64,000 nt of DNA from an uncultured Bacilli bacterium (GCA_934119965.1 CAKOTA010000001.1:64129-128128), one strand, 5' to 3'. Positions 38,664 to 49,017 are shown, numbered from the stretch's first letter. Numbers and translations: made by a program. The notes: a model not told the origin generated them from the sequence alone.

Positions 38664-40445
38664 ATGATAAAGAAAATATTGTATGTTTGTACATTGTTTT
38701 TATTGGCTCCAATAATTGGAAATGCAGCTTCTACGGAAATTGTCGGAATCGAATCAATAATTAATGTAGAAAAAAATAGAACAGCTACTGTTGAAGAAAA
38801 GATAGACTTGTATATTATCGACAAAGTAAATGAGTTTGAAAAAATTCTTGATAAGAAAAATTTTGTCTATCGTAAAGATGGTACTAAAGCATACCTTGAT
38901 TCTAAATTAGAAAACATTTCTTCTAAAAAATTAATAAGTACAAATTCAACTAATAAACAAGAATTTGTTAAATTAAAACTAGATGGAGAAAAAGACACAA
39001 TAGAAACAATAAATTTAAAATATAAGTATAACTTAGGAAAAGATACTTCAAAAAAATATGATGAATTTTATTATGAAATTCTTAATAATGATAATGTTGC
39101 CTCAAATATTAGTTTTGAAATAACATTACCTAAAGATGCCAAAATTAATAAAGTAGAATTTTCTATTAATGATAAATATAATTTATCTAAAGATGATGTA
39201 ACATACACAATTGAGAATAATATTATAACGGGTTATCTAAACATTATGTTAAATGAAAATGAAAAATTTATAGTAAGAGTAGAATTACCAGACAAATATT
39301 TTTCTAATGTAAAAGATAATTTCAATTACTTATCATATTTATATTTAATATTTCCAATTATTACATTATTTGTAATTGTTACATACTGGTCTAAATATGC
39401 GAAAAAAAATAAATTCAAATGTGCAATAACAAATAAAATACCAAATAATTTTGATCCTGTTGAGGTTGCTTATTTGTATAAAGGCCTAACCGAAGAAACT
39501 GATCTAGTTACAGATTTATTGTATTTAGCTAATAATGGCTATTTAAAAATAGAAGAAAATGAAGATGGCTATAAACTAGGGAATGAAAATACATTTAAAT
39601 TTATTAAAATAAAAGAATATGACAAGAATAATGCAATCCAAAAACTATTGTTCGAAGGAATTTTTAAAGAAAAAGAAATAGCAGAACTTAAAGATATCGA
39701 ATATGGTTATAGTAGAAAAATAATTGATGCAAAAAAAATGATTGATAACAAAGATAATAAATTGAAATTATTTAATATTGATATCAACAAAATTAGAAAA
39801 ATATCTTTAATGTTATTAGCAATCAGTGTTTTGATATTAAATATTGAACCAATTAAACAGTTAACAAATTCATACCTTTTAATTCCGGTAGCTGCATTAT
39901 TAATGGCAATTGGTTTAACAATTATATTTATATTAAACAATAAAGGTTTCTTCAAAAAAATACTTGGTTTTATATTATTAATTGGTATAACAGTAATTGA
40001 TGTTTATGCTTTACTTGGTCAAACTCAATTATTAATTATATTATCATTAGAATTGATATTAGTATTGATTTCAATTATTGTATATAAAAAAATACCAGAC
40101 AGAACATTGTTTGGAAATAAAAAATTAGCTGAAATGAAAGCTTTTAAAATTGGATTATTGAGTATGACACCAAAACAAATAGAAGAAGAAATGAAAACGA
40201 ATAACAACTATTTCTATGATATTATGCCATATGCAATTGTTTTAGGAATAGCAAATGAATGGATAATTAAAGGTAAAAATATAATAAAAGAACCACCTTA
40301 TTGGCACATTACTGAAGAAAAATTTGATATAAATAGAGAAATGAGATTCTTTAAAAATGTTATATATACTACATCAAAAGTGATGATTAAAGCGATATAT
40401 GCAAAAAAGGATTCAGGTCAAATTGAATATAAAAAATTTAAATAA
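38664..40445 (+). CDS. DUF2207-like membrane protein
   Basis: Signal peptide, an ~200-aa extracellular domain and a TM. The segment PNNFDPVEVAYLYKG...DLLYLANNGYLKIEE is typical of DUF2207. Has a C-terminal TM bundle. An alternative GTG start lies at 38652. Confidence 0.55.
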   Translation: MIKKILYVCTLFLLAPIIGNAASTEIVGIESIINVEKNRTATVEEKIDLYIIDKVNEFEKILDKKNFVYRKDGTKAYLDSKLENISSKKLISTNSTNKQEFVKLKLDGEKDTIETINLKYKYNLGKDTSKKYDEFYYEILNNDNVASNISFEITLPKDAKINKVEFSINDKYNLSKDDVTYTIENNIITGYLNIMLNENEKFIVRVELPDKYFSNVKDNFNYLSYLYLIFPIITLFVIVTYWSKYAKKNKFKCAITNKIPNNFDPVEVAYLYKGLTEETDLVTDLLYLANNGYLKIEENEDGYKLGNENTFKFIKIKEYDKNNAIQKLLFEGIFKEKEIAELKDIEYGYSRKIIDAKKMIDNKDNKLKLFNIDINKIRKISLMLLAISVLILNIEPIKQLTNSYLLIPVAALLMAIGLTIIFILNNKGFFKKILGFILLIGITVIDVYALLGQTQLLIILSLELILVLISIIVYKKIPDRTLFGNKKLAEMKAFKIGLLSMTPKQIEEEMKTNNNYFYDIMPYAIVLGIANEWIIKGKNIIKEPPYWHITEEKFDINREMRFFKNVIYTTSKVMIKAIYAKKDSGQIEYKKFK

Positions 40446-40483
40446 AGATTTGTTTAAAAAAACAAATCTTTTAGTGTTTTTAA
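40444..40483 (+). terminator. Rho-independent terminator
   Basis: AAAGATTTGTTT aaaa AAACAAATCTTT followed by TAGTGTTTTT. Confidence 0.75.
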
Positions 40484-40494
40484 CATAAAAATCC

Positions 40495-40524
40495 TTGTAT
40501 TTTCATATAATATTATGCTATAAT
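40495..40524 (+). promoter_or_regulatory. Sigma-A type promoter for rpsB-tsf
   Basis: TTGTAT, 18-nt spacer, TGcTATAAT. Leaves a leader of about 100 nt. Confidence 0.6.
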
Positions 40525-40630
40525 ACTAATGGCTTTTTCAAATAAGCACATTATGAATTCTTATATCGGTGCTCTAAAGAGTGGTATAAGTTCGAAGTAA
40601 TGGAAGAAATAACAAAAGGAGGAAAGAAAA

Positions 40631-41644
40631 ATGGCAGTAGTGTCAATGAGTTATTTATTAGAAGCAGGTGTTCACTTTGGTCATCAAACTAAAAGATGGA
40701 ACCCTAAAATGAAAGAATACATTTTTACATCAAGAGATGATATTTATATTATCGACTTACAAAAAACAGCAAAAATGATTGAGGAAGCTTATGCAGCTTT
40801 AAAAACTATCGTTGCTAACGGTGGTAAAGTATTATTTGTTGGAACTAGAAAACAAGCTAGTGAAGCAATAAGAGAAGAAGCATTAAGAAGTGAATCATAT
40901 TATGTAGATGAAAGATGGTTAGGTGGAACATTAACTAACTTTAGAACAATTAGAAAAAGAGTTAAAAGATTAGAAGATATTGAAAGAATGGAAAAAGATG
41001 GTACATTCGATAAACTACCTAAAAAAGAAGTATTTGGTCTAAAAAAAGAATATGATAAATTAAATAAATTATTATGTGGAATTAGAAATATGAATAAATT
41101 ACCACAAGCTATATTTATAGTAGATCCTTCTAAAGAAGAAATCGCTATAAGAGAAGCAAGAAAATTAAATATTCCAGTATTTGGTATTGTAGATACAAAC
41201 TGTGATCCAGATATGGTTGATTATGTAATTCCAGGTAATGATGATGCTATTAGAGCAGTAAAATTAATAACTGGTGTTATGGCTAATGCAATCGTAGAAG
41301 CTAATGGTGGTAAATTAGTTGACTATGTTAAAGAAGAAGATTCAAAAAGTGCTGAAAGCATTATGGAAAGAGCATTAGAAACAGTTAAAAGAAAAGAAGA
41401 CAGACCAAGAAGAAATTTTGATAATAAAAATAATAAAAAATCTTTCGATAAAAATGTAAAAAAAGAAAATCCTAAAAAAGAAATAGCTAAAGAAGAAGTA
41501 AAAGAAGTTAAAGTTGAAAAAAAAGAAGAAAAAGCTGATTTAACTAAATTAACAGTTTCTGAACTTCGTGATATGGCAAAAGCTAAAGAAATAAAAGGAT
41601 ACTCAACAATGAAAAAAGCAGAGCTTTTAGAAGCTTTAAAATAA
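40631..41644 (+). CDS. rpsB: 30S ribosomal protein S2 with ~95-aa Lys/Glu-rich C-terminal extension
   Basis: [13 protein letters not shown] and the rest of the S2 core. 337 aa against about 245 aa for typical bacterial S2. Confidence 0.95.
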   Translation: MAVVSMSYLLEAGVHFGHQTKRWNPKMKEYIFTSRDDIYIIDLQKTAKMIEEAYAALKTIVANGGKVLFVGTRKQASEAIREEALRSESYYVDERWLGGTLTNFRTIRKRVKRLEDIERMEKDGTFDKLPKKEVFGLKKEYDKLNKLLCGIRNMNKLPQAIFIVDPSKEEIAIREARKLNIPVFGIVDTNCDPDMVDYVIPGNDDAIRAVKLITGVMANAIVEANGGKLVDYVKEEDSKSAESIMERALETVKRKEDRPRRNFDNKNNKKSFDKNVKKENPKKEIAKEEVKEVKVEKKEEKADLTKLTVSELRDMAKAKEIKGYSTMKKAELLEALK

Positions 41645-41697
41645 AAAGAAAGATGATTATTTATTAATCATCTTTAACTTTAAAAAGGAGGAAAATT

Positions 41698-42576
41698 ATG
41701 ATAAGTGCTAGTTTAGTAAAAGAACTAAGAGAAAAAACTGGAGCTGGAATGCTAGACTGTAAAAAAGCATTAGAAGCAACAGATGCAAATATTGATGCAG
41801 CAATTGATTGGTTAAGAGAAAAAGGAATTTCAAAAGCAGCAAAAAAATCAGATAGAATTGCTGCAGAAGGTGTAGCTGAAATTAAAATAGATGGTAATGT
41901 AGCTGCAATCGTTGAAGTTAATTCTGAAACAGATTTCGTTGCTAAAAACGAAGAATTTAAATCAATGGTAGATACAATTCTTAATACAATTTTAAGTTCA
42001 AACGCATCAACAGTAGAAGAATTATTACAAGAAAAAACAGAAGCAGGAGAAACAATAGAAAACCTAATTGTATCAAAAACTGCAACAATTGGTGAGAAAT
42101 TATCATTAAGAAGATTTGCTAAAGTAACTAAAACTGATAGTGAATCATTTGGTGAATATATTCATATGGGTGGTAAAATTGCTGTTTTAACACTTTTAGA
42201 TGGTGCTAATAGCGAAGTTGCTAAAGAAGTATCAATGCATGCAGCAGCAATGAGACCAATGTATGTTAAATCTACAAATGTTCCAACAGATGTTTTAGAT
42301 AAAGAAAAAGCAATAATGAGAGAACAATTAATAAATGAAGGTAAACCAGAAGATAGAATCGAAAATATCTTAGTAGGAAAAGTAAAAAAATATTATGAAG
42401 AAGTTTGCTTAGAAAACCAAATTTTCGTAAAGGCTGAAAATAAAGAAACAGTTGGTGATTTCGTTGCTAAAAATGGAGGATCAATCATTAATATGATTCG
42501 TTTCGAAGTTGGCGAAGGAATGGAAAAAAGAGAAGAAAATTTTGCAGAAGAAGTAGCAAAACAAATAAATGGATAA
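41698..42576 (+). CDS. tsf: Elongation factor Ts
   Basis: LRE.TGAGMLDCKKAL N-terminal UBA-like motif. 292 aa. Confidence 0.95.
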   Translation: MISASLVKELREKTGAGMLDCKKALEATDANIDAAIDWLREKGISKAAKKSDRIAAEGVAEIKIDGNVAAIVEVNSETDFVAKNEEFKSMVDTILNTILSSNASTVEELLQEKTEAGETIENLIVSKTATIGEKLSLRRFAKVTKTDSESFGEYIHMGGKIAVLTLLDGANSEVAKEVSMHAAAMRPMYVKSTNVPTDVLDKEKAIMREQLINEGKPEDRIENILVGKVKKYYEEVCLENQIFVKAENKETVGDFVAKNGGSIINMIRFEVGEGMEKREENFAEEVAKQING

Positions 42577-42598
42577 GGATTTCTTATCCTTTTAATTT
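42571..42598 (+). terminator. Rho-independent terminator after tsf
   Basis: GGATAAG gattt CTTATCC followed by TTTTAATTTT. Overlaps the tsf stop. Confidence 0.65.
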
Positions 42599-42615
42599 TA
42601 AAGAAAGGACAATCT

Positions 42616-43122
42616 ATGGATTTAAGAGACATAAAAGAGTTTTTAAAAGATGTATCAAAATATATTATTATAGCTTTGATTGTATTTTTAATAGTTGTTT
42701 ATGTTGTTTCTTTTGAACAAGTAATCGGTCCCTCAATGGAACCAACTTTGAAAGAAGAAAACATTATAGTTGTTGATAAATTAAGTTATAAATTTCGAAA
42801 AATTAAAAGGAATGAAATAATTATATTCAAATATGATGAAAAATATTTAATAAAGAGAGTAATTGGTCTACCAGGCGAAACAATTGAATATAAAAATAAT
42901 ATACTATATATAGATAATGAGGCTTACGAAGAAACTTTTTTGTCAAATGTTACTACTGAAGACTATAATACTGGTCTAATTCCTAAAAACAAATATTTTG
43001 TATTAGGAGATAATCGTGAAAACTCTTTAGATGGAAATGATTTTGGTTTAATCGATGAGAAAGATATTATTGGTAAAGCTTGGTTTATAGTATGGCCGTT
43101 AGGTAAATTTAAAGGTATATAA
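42616..43122 (+). CDS. lepB: Signal peptidase I (bacterial P-type, Ser-Lys)
   Basis: GPSMEPT (Ser), KRVIGLPGE (Lys) and GDNRENSLD motifs. Confidence 0.9.
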   Translation: MDLRDIKEFLKDVSKYIIIALIVFLIVVYVVSFEQVIGPSMEPTLKEENIIVVDKLSYKFRKIKRNEIIIFKYDEKYLIKRVIGLPGETIEYKNNILYIDNEAYEETFLSNVTTEDYNTGLIPKNKYFVLGDNRENSLDGNDFGLIDEKDIIGKAWFIVWPLGKFKGI

Positions 43123-43133
43123 AAGGGGGAATT

Positions 43134-43406
43134 ATGAAAAATACCAACAAAAAAAGTAAACTAATATTTAATATAATATTTTGGATTGTAATAATTGTTT
43201 TAGCATTTATTTGGATTACCGATTATACAAGAACAAAAGACAATAAAGAACCTAAATTTTGTTTGTCAAAACAAACTCATAAATTTGATGATGGAAAAGT
43301 AACTGAATGTATTGGATTAGGATATAAAATCTATAAATATGATAGAAGCACAATAACAAAAGGAATTGAATTTGGACCATTTTTTATGCAAATGCGTGAT
43401 AACTAA
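43134..43406 (+). CDS. Small N-terminally anchored membrane protein
   Basis: RBS AAGGGGGA. One TM (LIFNIIFWIVIIVLAFIWI). 90 aa. Confidence 0.5.
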   Translation: MKNTNKKSKLIFNIIFWIVIIVLAFIWITDYTRTKDNKEPKFCLSKQTHKFDDGKVTECIGLGYKIYKYDRSTITKGIEFGPFFMQMRDN

Positions 43407-43407
43407 G

Positions 43408-43430
43408 AGCACTTAAAGTGCTTTTTTTTA
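43408..43430 (+). terminator. Rho-independent terminator
   Basis: AGCACT taa AGTGCT followed by eight T. Confidence 0.8.
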
Positions 43431-43463
43431 TGTATTTACATATTATATAATCGGGAGGAAAAT

Positions 43464-46010
43464 ATGGATAAGAAAAAATTATTTGCAATCGTTCTTTTCT
43501 TTTTAATGGGATTTTTTATGTTTACCAATGCTAATCCATCAGATGGTACCAAAAAAATCAAAGAAGAACAAATAGATGATACAAGTAGCACAAAAGAAGA
43601 ATTAATAAATGATACTAAACAAAATACAGAACCAATTATAACTTTAAATGGTGGTAACATCGTCATTCGTCAATCTAATTTTAATTATGAGGAGTTAGGA
43701 GCAACTGCAATCGATAAAGAAGACGGAAACATTTCTGATAAAATTGTCATAACAGGAAAAGTAGAAAATAAAAAAGGAATATATAATATTAATTATGATG
43801 TTACCGATAGTGAAGGATTAAAAGCAAAAACAGTAACTAGAGAAGTAGAGGTAGTTGATATAAAAGATTTAGAAGAAGCTATTAATAATGGTAAAAAAAA
43901 TATAAATGAAACAACTAAAAAAGAAATTAGCAAAGAACTAAAAAACTTATTAGAAAAATTGAATGAAGCTATTAAAGATGGAGAAAAAATAATCGAAAAT
44001 AAAAATTCAAAACAAACAACAATTGATGAAAAAGAAAAAGAAATAAAGAAAATACTTGAACAAATTAATAATTTAACATTTGAGGTTAGTTTTTATATTG
44101 ATGATGAATTAGTCACTAAAACAACTGTAAAATATAATGAATCAGTATCTGATGATTTTATTAACTTAATTTCAACATCTAAAGATGGTTATACTTTTTC
44201 CGGATGGAATGGTAACTATAAAAATGTAATGAAAAATGAAAAAATTAAAGGAACAAAAACTTTAATTAACTATGAATTAACTTATATTTTAGATAACAAA
44301 ATAGTTAGTAAAACTAAATTTAATGCTGAAAACAATATTAATTTAGCTAAATATGATAAAAAGGGTTATAATTGTTCATCTTGGTATGAAAATGATACTG
44401 AAATATTAACAACGAATAAAATTTACAGAAATATAACAGTATCAGCAACTTGTGAAGCTACTAATACTGATTATAAAGTTATAGTAAAAAAACAAAATAT
44501 AAATAATGATGATTATACATCTAATGAATATATATTAAAAGGCATAACAGACAGTAAAATTGATATTGAATCACTAAAATCAACTTATTTAGATGAAGGA
44601 TTCACATATTTTAATCATACAAAAAATAGTGAATTTGTATCAGCAACTAATCAAACTATAATTACATTGATTTATAATCGTAATTTATATGATTTATCTT
44701 ATAAAAATGGCAATGAAATTATTGGGTCTACAAAATATAAATATGGTACTGAAATTAATTTAACAAAAACTGTTTCTAAAAATGGATATACTTTTACTGG
44801 ATGGAATTTAAACAATGAAATTGTTACAAAAGTTACTATGAACACTAATATAGAATTAAAAGCAACATTTGATATAATAGAATACAATATCACTTATATA
44901 AATGATGGTAATCAAGTAGAAAATAAAACTACTTATACAATTGAAGACCAATTTGATTTTATTAGTCCAACAAAAGATGGCTATAATTTTATAGGTTGGT
45001 ATTATGACAATATAAAAGTTGATGGTATAAGTTTAGGAAGTGTTGGTGATTTAACCCTAACTGCTGTTTACGAAATTCAAAAATTCAATGTATCTTTCTA
45101 TAACGAAAATGAACTTATTAATAATCAAAAAATAGAATATGGTAAATCAGCTATAGCACCTATAAATCCAACAAAGGAAAATTATACTTTTATTGGTTGG
45201 GATAAAGAATTTTCAAATGTCAAAAGTGATTTAAATATCTATGCATTATATAAAGCAAATCAAATTGGAATTCAAGTTTCGTTAAAACCTAATGCCCAAT
45301 TACAATTTAAAAAGAATAGTAATGTTGATCTCAAAGATTATATTGATGTATATAAGGTGTATGCTGATAACACTAAAGAATTAACAACTGACTATACAAC
45401 TAATTTATCAACTAACAAAGTTGTTGATCATAAAAAATTAATAATTACTCAAGATAAATTTACAAATGATGAATTAGAATATAGTGTTATTAATGAAGAT
45501 GCATACCAAACAAAATTTGAAATAAATTATAAACAAAACGGATATCGTGAAACTTGGAATGGATTATGTATTTCTAATTGTAGTTCAAACTTTAATACAA
45601 GTTTTGTAAAAACAGATTATTCATTATTAGAAATAATTGAACATTATGATGAATTTATCGAAATTAGTAGTGTTACTGCCTATTATGGCAATGAAAAAAA
45701 AGACTTAGCTATTAGTGATTCCGTTAGATGGACCCATCTAGGTTCAAGAAAGGGAATACTGAATGTAGTCTATAATCCAGTTTATATAGCAACCCTTGAA
45801 GAAACATATACAGAAGAAGTTTGTAAACCTTTTAGAGGTTGTCAAAATGCTCAAAAAATAAAAAAAGTAGATGTTATGGATGATAACAAAATAATTACAA
45901 AACTAGAAATTAAATATAATCGAAAATTTAGTAATGGAACTAAAAACTATGTTGTTGTATTTTCTCTATCTAATGGAATATTTACAGCTATAGATGAATA
46001 TGAAATATAA
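43464..46010 (+). CDS. Secreted surface protein with an Ig-like (DUF5011-type) domain, a coiled-coil and several Listeria-Bacteroides (InlB B-type) repeats
   Basis: Signal peptide present. PIITLNGGN...GATAIDKEDGNISDKIVITG...YNINYDVTDSEGL fits the Ig-like pattern. Recurrent GYTFSGWNG, GYTFTGWNL, GYNFIGWYY and NYTFIGWDK units fit the repeats. Confidence 0.7.
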   Translation: MDKKKLFAIVLFFLMGFFMFTNANPSDGTKKIKEEQIDDTSSTKEELINDTKQNTEPIITLNGGNIVIRQSNFNYEELGATAIDKEDGNISDKIVITGKVENKKGIYNINYDVTDSEGLKAKTVTREVEVVDIKDLEEAINNGKKNINETTKKEISKELKNLLEKLNEAIKDGEKIIENKNSKQTTIDEKEKEIKKILEQINNLTFEVSFYIDDELVTKTTVKYNESVSDDFINLISTSKDGYTFSGWNGNYKNVMKNEKIKGTKTLINYELTYILDNKIVSKTKFNAENNINLAKYDKKGYNCSSWYENDTEILTTNKIYRNITVSATCEATNTDYKVIVKKQNINNDDYTSNEYILKGITDSKIDIESLKSTYLDEGFTYFNHTKNSEFVSATNQTIITLIYNRNLYDLSYKNGNEIIGSTKYKYGTEINLTKTVSKNGYTFTGWNLNNEIVTKVTMNTNIELKATFDIIEYNITYINDGNQVENKTTYTIEDQFDFISPTKDGYNFIGWYYDNIKVDGISLGSVGDLTLTAVYEIQKFNVSFYNENELINNQKIEYGKSAIAPINPTKENYTFIGWDKEFSNVKSDLNIYALYKANQIGIQVSLKPNAQLQFKKNSNVDLKDYIDVYKVYADNTKELTTDYTTNLSTNKVVDHKKLIITQDKFTNDELEYSVINEDAYQTKFEINYKQNGYRETWNGLCISNCSSNFNTSFVKTDYSLLEIIEHYDEFIEISSVTAYYGNEKKDLAISDSVRWTHLGSRKGILNVVYNPVYIATLEETYTEEVCKPFRGCQNAQKIKKVDVMDDNKIITKLEIKYNRKFSNGTKNYVVVFSLSNGIFTAIDEYEI

Positions 46011-46033
46011 AGGAATTAACTATTCCTTTTTTC
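46010..46033 (+). terminator. Rho-independent terminator
   Basis: AAGGAAT taact ATTCCTT followed by TTTTTCT. Confidence 0.8.
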
Positions 46034-46071
46034 TAAATATTGTGTTAAAATTATAATGATAGGAGATTGCA

Positions 46072-46461
46072 ATGGCATATATTAAATATAAGGAATTGAC
46101 CAAATATTTTAATTTTAATAAAGAATTAGAAGTTGATAATTTACCTAGTTATATTACTGATTACTTAGCTAATGAAGAATTAGTATATAAGGTATATAAA
46201 ACTCTAAGAGATAAAGCAATTTTTACCGATAAAAGAATGATATTATTTGATGTTGATTTAACAGGCATAAAGAAAAAAATACACATTATTCCATACAAAT
46301 CAATATCAAGTGGAGCTATATTATTTAAAGTTAATACTGCTGCTATCTTTTTATCATTTGATAGTGGATATCAAATGAGATTAAACTTTGTAAAATTAGA
46401 TGCTGATGCTAAAACCGAATTAAGAAAATTATATTCAATGATAATGAATAGTATAATGTAG
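46072..46461 (+). CDS. Bacterial PH-domain protein (YvbH-like)
   Basis: DKAIFTDKRMILFDV...GIKKKIHIIPYKSISS fits the bPH pattern. 129 aa. Confidence 0.5.
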   Translation: MAYIKYKELTKYFNFNKELEVDNLPSYITDYLANEELVYKVYKTLRDKAIFTDKRMILFDVDLTGIKKKIHIIPYKSISSGAILFKVNTAAIFLSFDSGYQMRLNFVKLDADAKTELRKLYSMIMNSIM

Positions 46462-46474
46462 GAGAGGGAAGAAT

Positions 46475-47017
46475 ATGGAAGAAATTTTATTAGAAACAGA
46501 AGAAAGAATGAATAGCGCAATTGAAAATATGGAAAAAAGATTATTAAACATTAGAGCAGGTAGAGCTAATCCAGCAATATTAGATGGTGTAATGGTGGAA
46601 TATTATGGAGTACCTACACCATTAATTCAGTTAGCAACCATTTCAATACCTGAAGCTAGAATGTTACAAGTTAAACCATTTGATAGATCAAGTATTGGTG
46701 CTTTAGAAAAAGCTATATTTGAAGCTAATATTGGAATTACTCCAAATAATAATGGTGAAGTAATTATCTTAAATATTCCAGCTTTAACAGAAGAAACAAG
46801 AAGAGAATATGTTAAACAAGCTAAAGCTATTGCTGAAGAATGTAAAATAGCTTTAAGAAATATTAGACAAGATGCCAACAATGATATAAAAAAATTAGAA
46901 ATAACTGAAGATGAAATTAAATCAGGACAAGAAGAAGTTCAAGAATTAATCAATAAATTTAATAAAATTGTTGATGAAAAATTGAAAGTTAAAGAAACAG
47001 AATTAATGACTGTATAG
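46475..47017 (+). CDS. frr: Ribosome recycling factor
   Basis: NIRAGRANPAILDGVMVEYYG and the remainder of the RRF sequence. 180 aa. Confidence 0.95.
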   Translation: MEEILLETEERMNSAIENMEKRLLNIRAGRANPAILDGVMVEYYGVPTPLIQLATISIPEARMLQVKPFDRSSIGALEKAIFEANIGITPNNNGEVIILNIPALTEETRREYVKQAKAIAEECKIALRNIRQDANNDIKKLEITEDEIKSGQEEVQELINKFNKIVDEKLKVKETELMTV

Positions 47018-47055
47018 TAAGGAGATTTTATAGAATAGGAGACTAAAAATTATAT

Positions 47056-47082
47056 AAAAATGATAAATTATCATTTTTTTTA
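47056..47082 (+). terminator. Rho-independent terminator after frr
   Basis: AAAAATGATA aat TATCATTTTT followed by TTTAA. Confidence 0.7.
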
Positions 47083-47093
47083 ATAATTAAATA

Positions 47094-47102
47094 TGATATA
47101 AT
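47094..47102 (+). promoter_or_regulatory. Extended -10 element (TGaTATAAT) upstream of nusB
   Basis: Read directly, about 19 nt upstream of the GTG start. Confidence 0.45.
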
Positions 47103-47120
47103 TGACTAAGGTGATTTAAA

Positions 47121-47522
47121 GTGGAACAACTTAATAGAAGCGAATTAAGAAAAAAAATAATGACAATATTATATCAAATAAGTGTATATTCAAGTAATAA
47201 TATGAAATATGATGTTAACGATGTAATAAAAGAAGTAATGGAAGTTGATAGTGAATTTGTTAAAGAAGTAGTATATGGAGTAATAACATATGAAAAAGAA
47301 ATTAATTCTTTAGCAAACAATTATTTAGATGATTGGACAATAGATCGATTAGGACATACTGATAAAGCAATATTACAAATGGCAATATATGAACTTATGT
47401 ATACAGATACACCTGATATAGTATGTATAAATGAAGCAATAGAACTTGCTAAAATATATAGTGATGACAGTGTAAGAAAAATGATAAATGGAGTATTAGA
47501 TAAAATATACCATAACAAGTAG
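47121..47522 (+). CDS. nusB: Transcription antitermination factor NusB
   Basis: RSELRKKIMTILYQ ... DRLGHTDKAILQMAIYEL ... INEAIELAK pattern. 133 aa, GTG start after AAGGTGA. Confidence 0.9.
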   Translation: MEQLNRSELRKKIMTILYQISVYSSNNMKYDVNDVIKEVMEVDSEFVKEVVYGVITYEKEINSLANNYLDDWTIDRLGHTDKAILQMAIYELMYTDTPDIVCINEAIELAKIYSDDSVRKMINGVLDKIYHNK

Positions 47523-47531
47523 GTGATTAGT

Positions 47532-48794
47532 ATGAATGACAAATATTTAACAGTTACAGCTGTAACTCGTTATATAAAACATAAAATTGAAAGTGATACA
47601 AACCTTAGAAAAATATATATGAAAGGTGAAATTTCCAATTTTAAAGCTCATTCATCTGGTCATTTTTATTTTTCAATAAAAGATGAAAATAGTGTAATTA
47701 AAGCAATAATGTTTAGTAGCAATGCTAAAAAATTAGGCTTTATTCCAACTGAAGGAATGAAAATATTAGTAACAGGAACGATTAGTTTATACGAAGCAAC
47801 TGGAAACTATCAAATATATGTTGATGAATTAATCGAAGATGGAGTTGGTAATTTATATATTGCTTTTGAAAAATTAAAAGAAAAATTATCAAAAGAAGGA
47901 TTGTTTGATTTAAAATATAAAAAACAAATTCCTAAATATCCAACTAAAATAGGAATAGTTACTGCCTCAACTGGAGCAGCTATAAGAGACATTTTGTCAA
48001 CTATTAAAAGAAGATATCCAATATGTGAAAATTACCTTTTTCCTTGTTTAGTTCAAGGTGATACAGCACCAATAGATATCGTAAAAAAATTAAATCAAGC
48101 TGAAGAGTTTGGTGTAGATGTTATTATCGTTGGCCGTGGTGGTGGATCATTTGAAGATATGAATTGTTTTAATGATGAAAATGTTGCTCGAACTGTATTT
48201 AAAATGCAAACACCAGTAATAAGTGCGGTTGGTCATGAAGTTGATTACACAATAATTGATTTTGTAGCTGATTTAAGGGCTCCAACACCAACAGGAGCTG
48301 CAGAAATGGCTGTACCTAATTTATTTGATTTATATAATTTATTAAAACAATATAATATAAGATTAAATGAAGTAGTTTTAAAAAATATTAATTATAAAAA
48401 ACTAGTAATGGATAAAATAAAAACATCGTTTGTAATTAAAAATCCGATGTTAATGTTTAATACAAAAAAACAAGATTTAGATGTAAAAATAGAAAAAATT
48501 AATAATATTTTAAAAGAAAAAATTAATTCAAAAAAAGAAAAAATTAATTTAATTAAAAATAGTTATGTAATAAAAAATCCAGAAATAATTTATAAAAATA
48601 AAAAACAAAATTTTATAAGATTAATTGAAAAAATTGAGATATTAAATCCGATGTCTATATTAAAAAGAGGATATACAATTACTTATGTAAATGATAAAGT
48701 AATTAAAAGTGCCCAAGAAGTTAATATTAATGATTTGGTTAAAATTAATTATTATGATGGATATATAGAAGCGAAAGTTGAAAAGAAAGGATAA
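47532..48794 (+). CDS. xseA: Exodeoxyribonuclease VII large subunit
   Basis: N-terminal OB fold (LTVTAVTRYIKHKIE...GEISNFKAHSSGHFYFSIKD), a catalytic core (GRGGGSFEDM) and a long coiled-coil. Confidence 0.9.
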   Translation: MNDKYLTVTAVTRYIKHKIESDTNLRKIYMKGEISNFKAHSSGHFYFSIKDENSVIKAIMFSSNAKKLGFIPTEGMKILVTGTISLYEATGNYQIYVDELIEDGVGNLYIAFEKLKEKLSKEGLFDLKYKKQIPKYPTKIGIVTASTGAAIRDILSTIKRRYPICENYLFPCLVQGDTAPIDIVKKLNQAEEFGVDVIIVGRGGGSFEDMNCFNDENVARTVFKMQTPVISAVGHEVDYTIIDFVADLRAPTPTGAAEMAVPNLFDLYNLLKQYNIRLNEVVLKNINYKKLVMDKIKTSFVIKNPMLMFNTKKQDLDVKIEKINNILKEKINSKKEKINLIKNSYVIKNPEIIYKNKKQNFIRLIEKIEILNPMSILKRGYTITYVNDKVIKSAQEVNINDLVKINYYDGYIEAKVEKKG

Positions 48795-48798
48795 TATT

Positions 48799-49017
48799 AT
48801 GGAAAAGAAAAAATTTGAGGATAAAATATCAGAATTAGATACTATAATTAATGAATTAGAAAATGGTGAAATTGATTTAGATGATTCGATAAATAAATAT
48901 ACTAAAGCTATGAAATTAATTAAAGAATGTGATGAAGAACTAAAAAATGTTGAAGAAAAAGTAAATAAAATAGTATTAGAAAATAATGAAACAAAAGAAT
49001 TTGAAGTCAAAGAATAA
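48799..49017 (+). CDS. xseB: Exodeoxyribonuclease VII small subunit
   Basis: FEDKISELDTIINELENGEIDLDDSINKYTKAMKLIKEC pattern. 72 aa from the internal ATG. Confidence 0.85.
   Translation: MEKKKFEDKISELDTIINELENGEIDLDDSINKYTKAMKLIKECDEELKNVEEKVNKIVLENNETKEFEVKE

Noticed and set aside
40525-40630. Structured ~100-nt rpsB leader (CTTATATC ... GGTATAAG stem) as an S2 autoregulatory element.
   Set aside because: Only a short imperfect hairpin is visible, and I know of no matching Firmicute motif. The evidence is insufficient to call a regulatory RNA.
41649-41675. Hairpin AAAGATGATTA/TAATCATCTTT between rpsB and tsf as a full terminator.
   Set aside because: It is followed by AACTTTAAAAAGG rather than a U-tract. 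It is more likely a stabilising or partial attenuating hairpin within the rpsB-tsf transcript.
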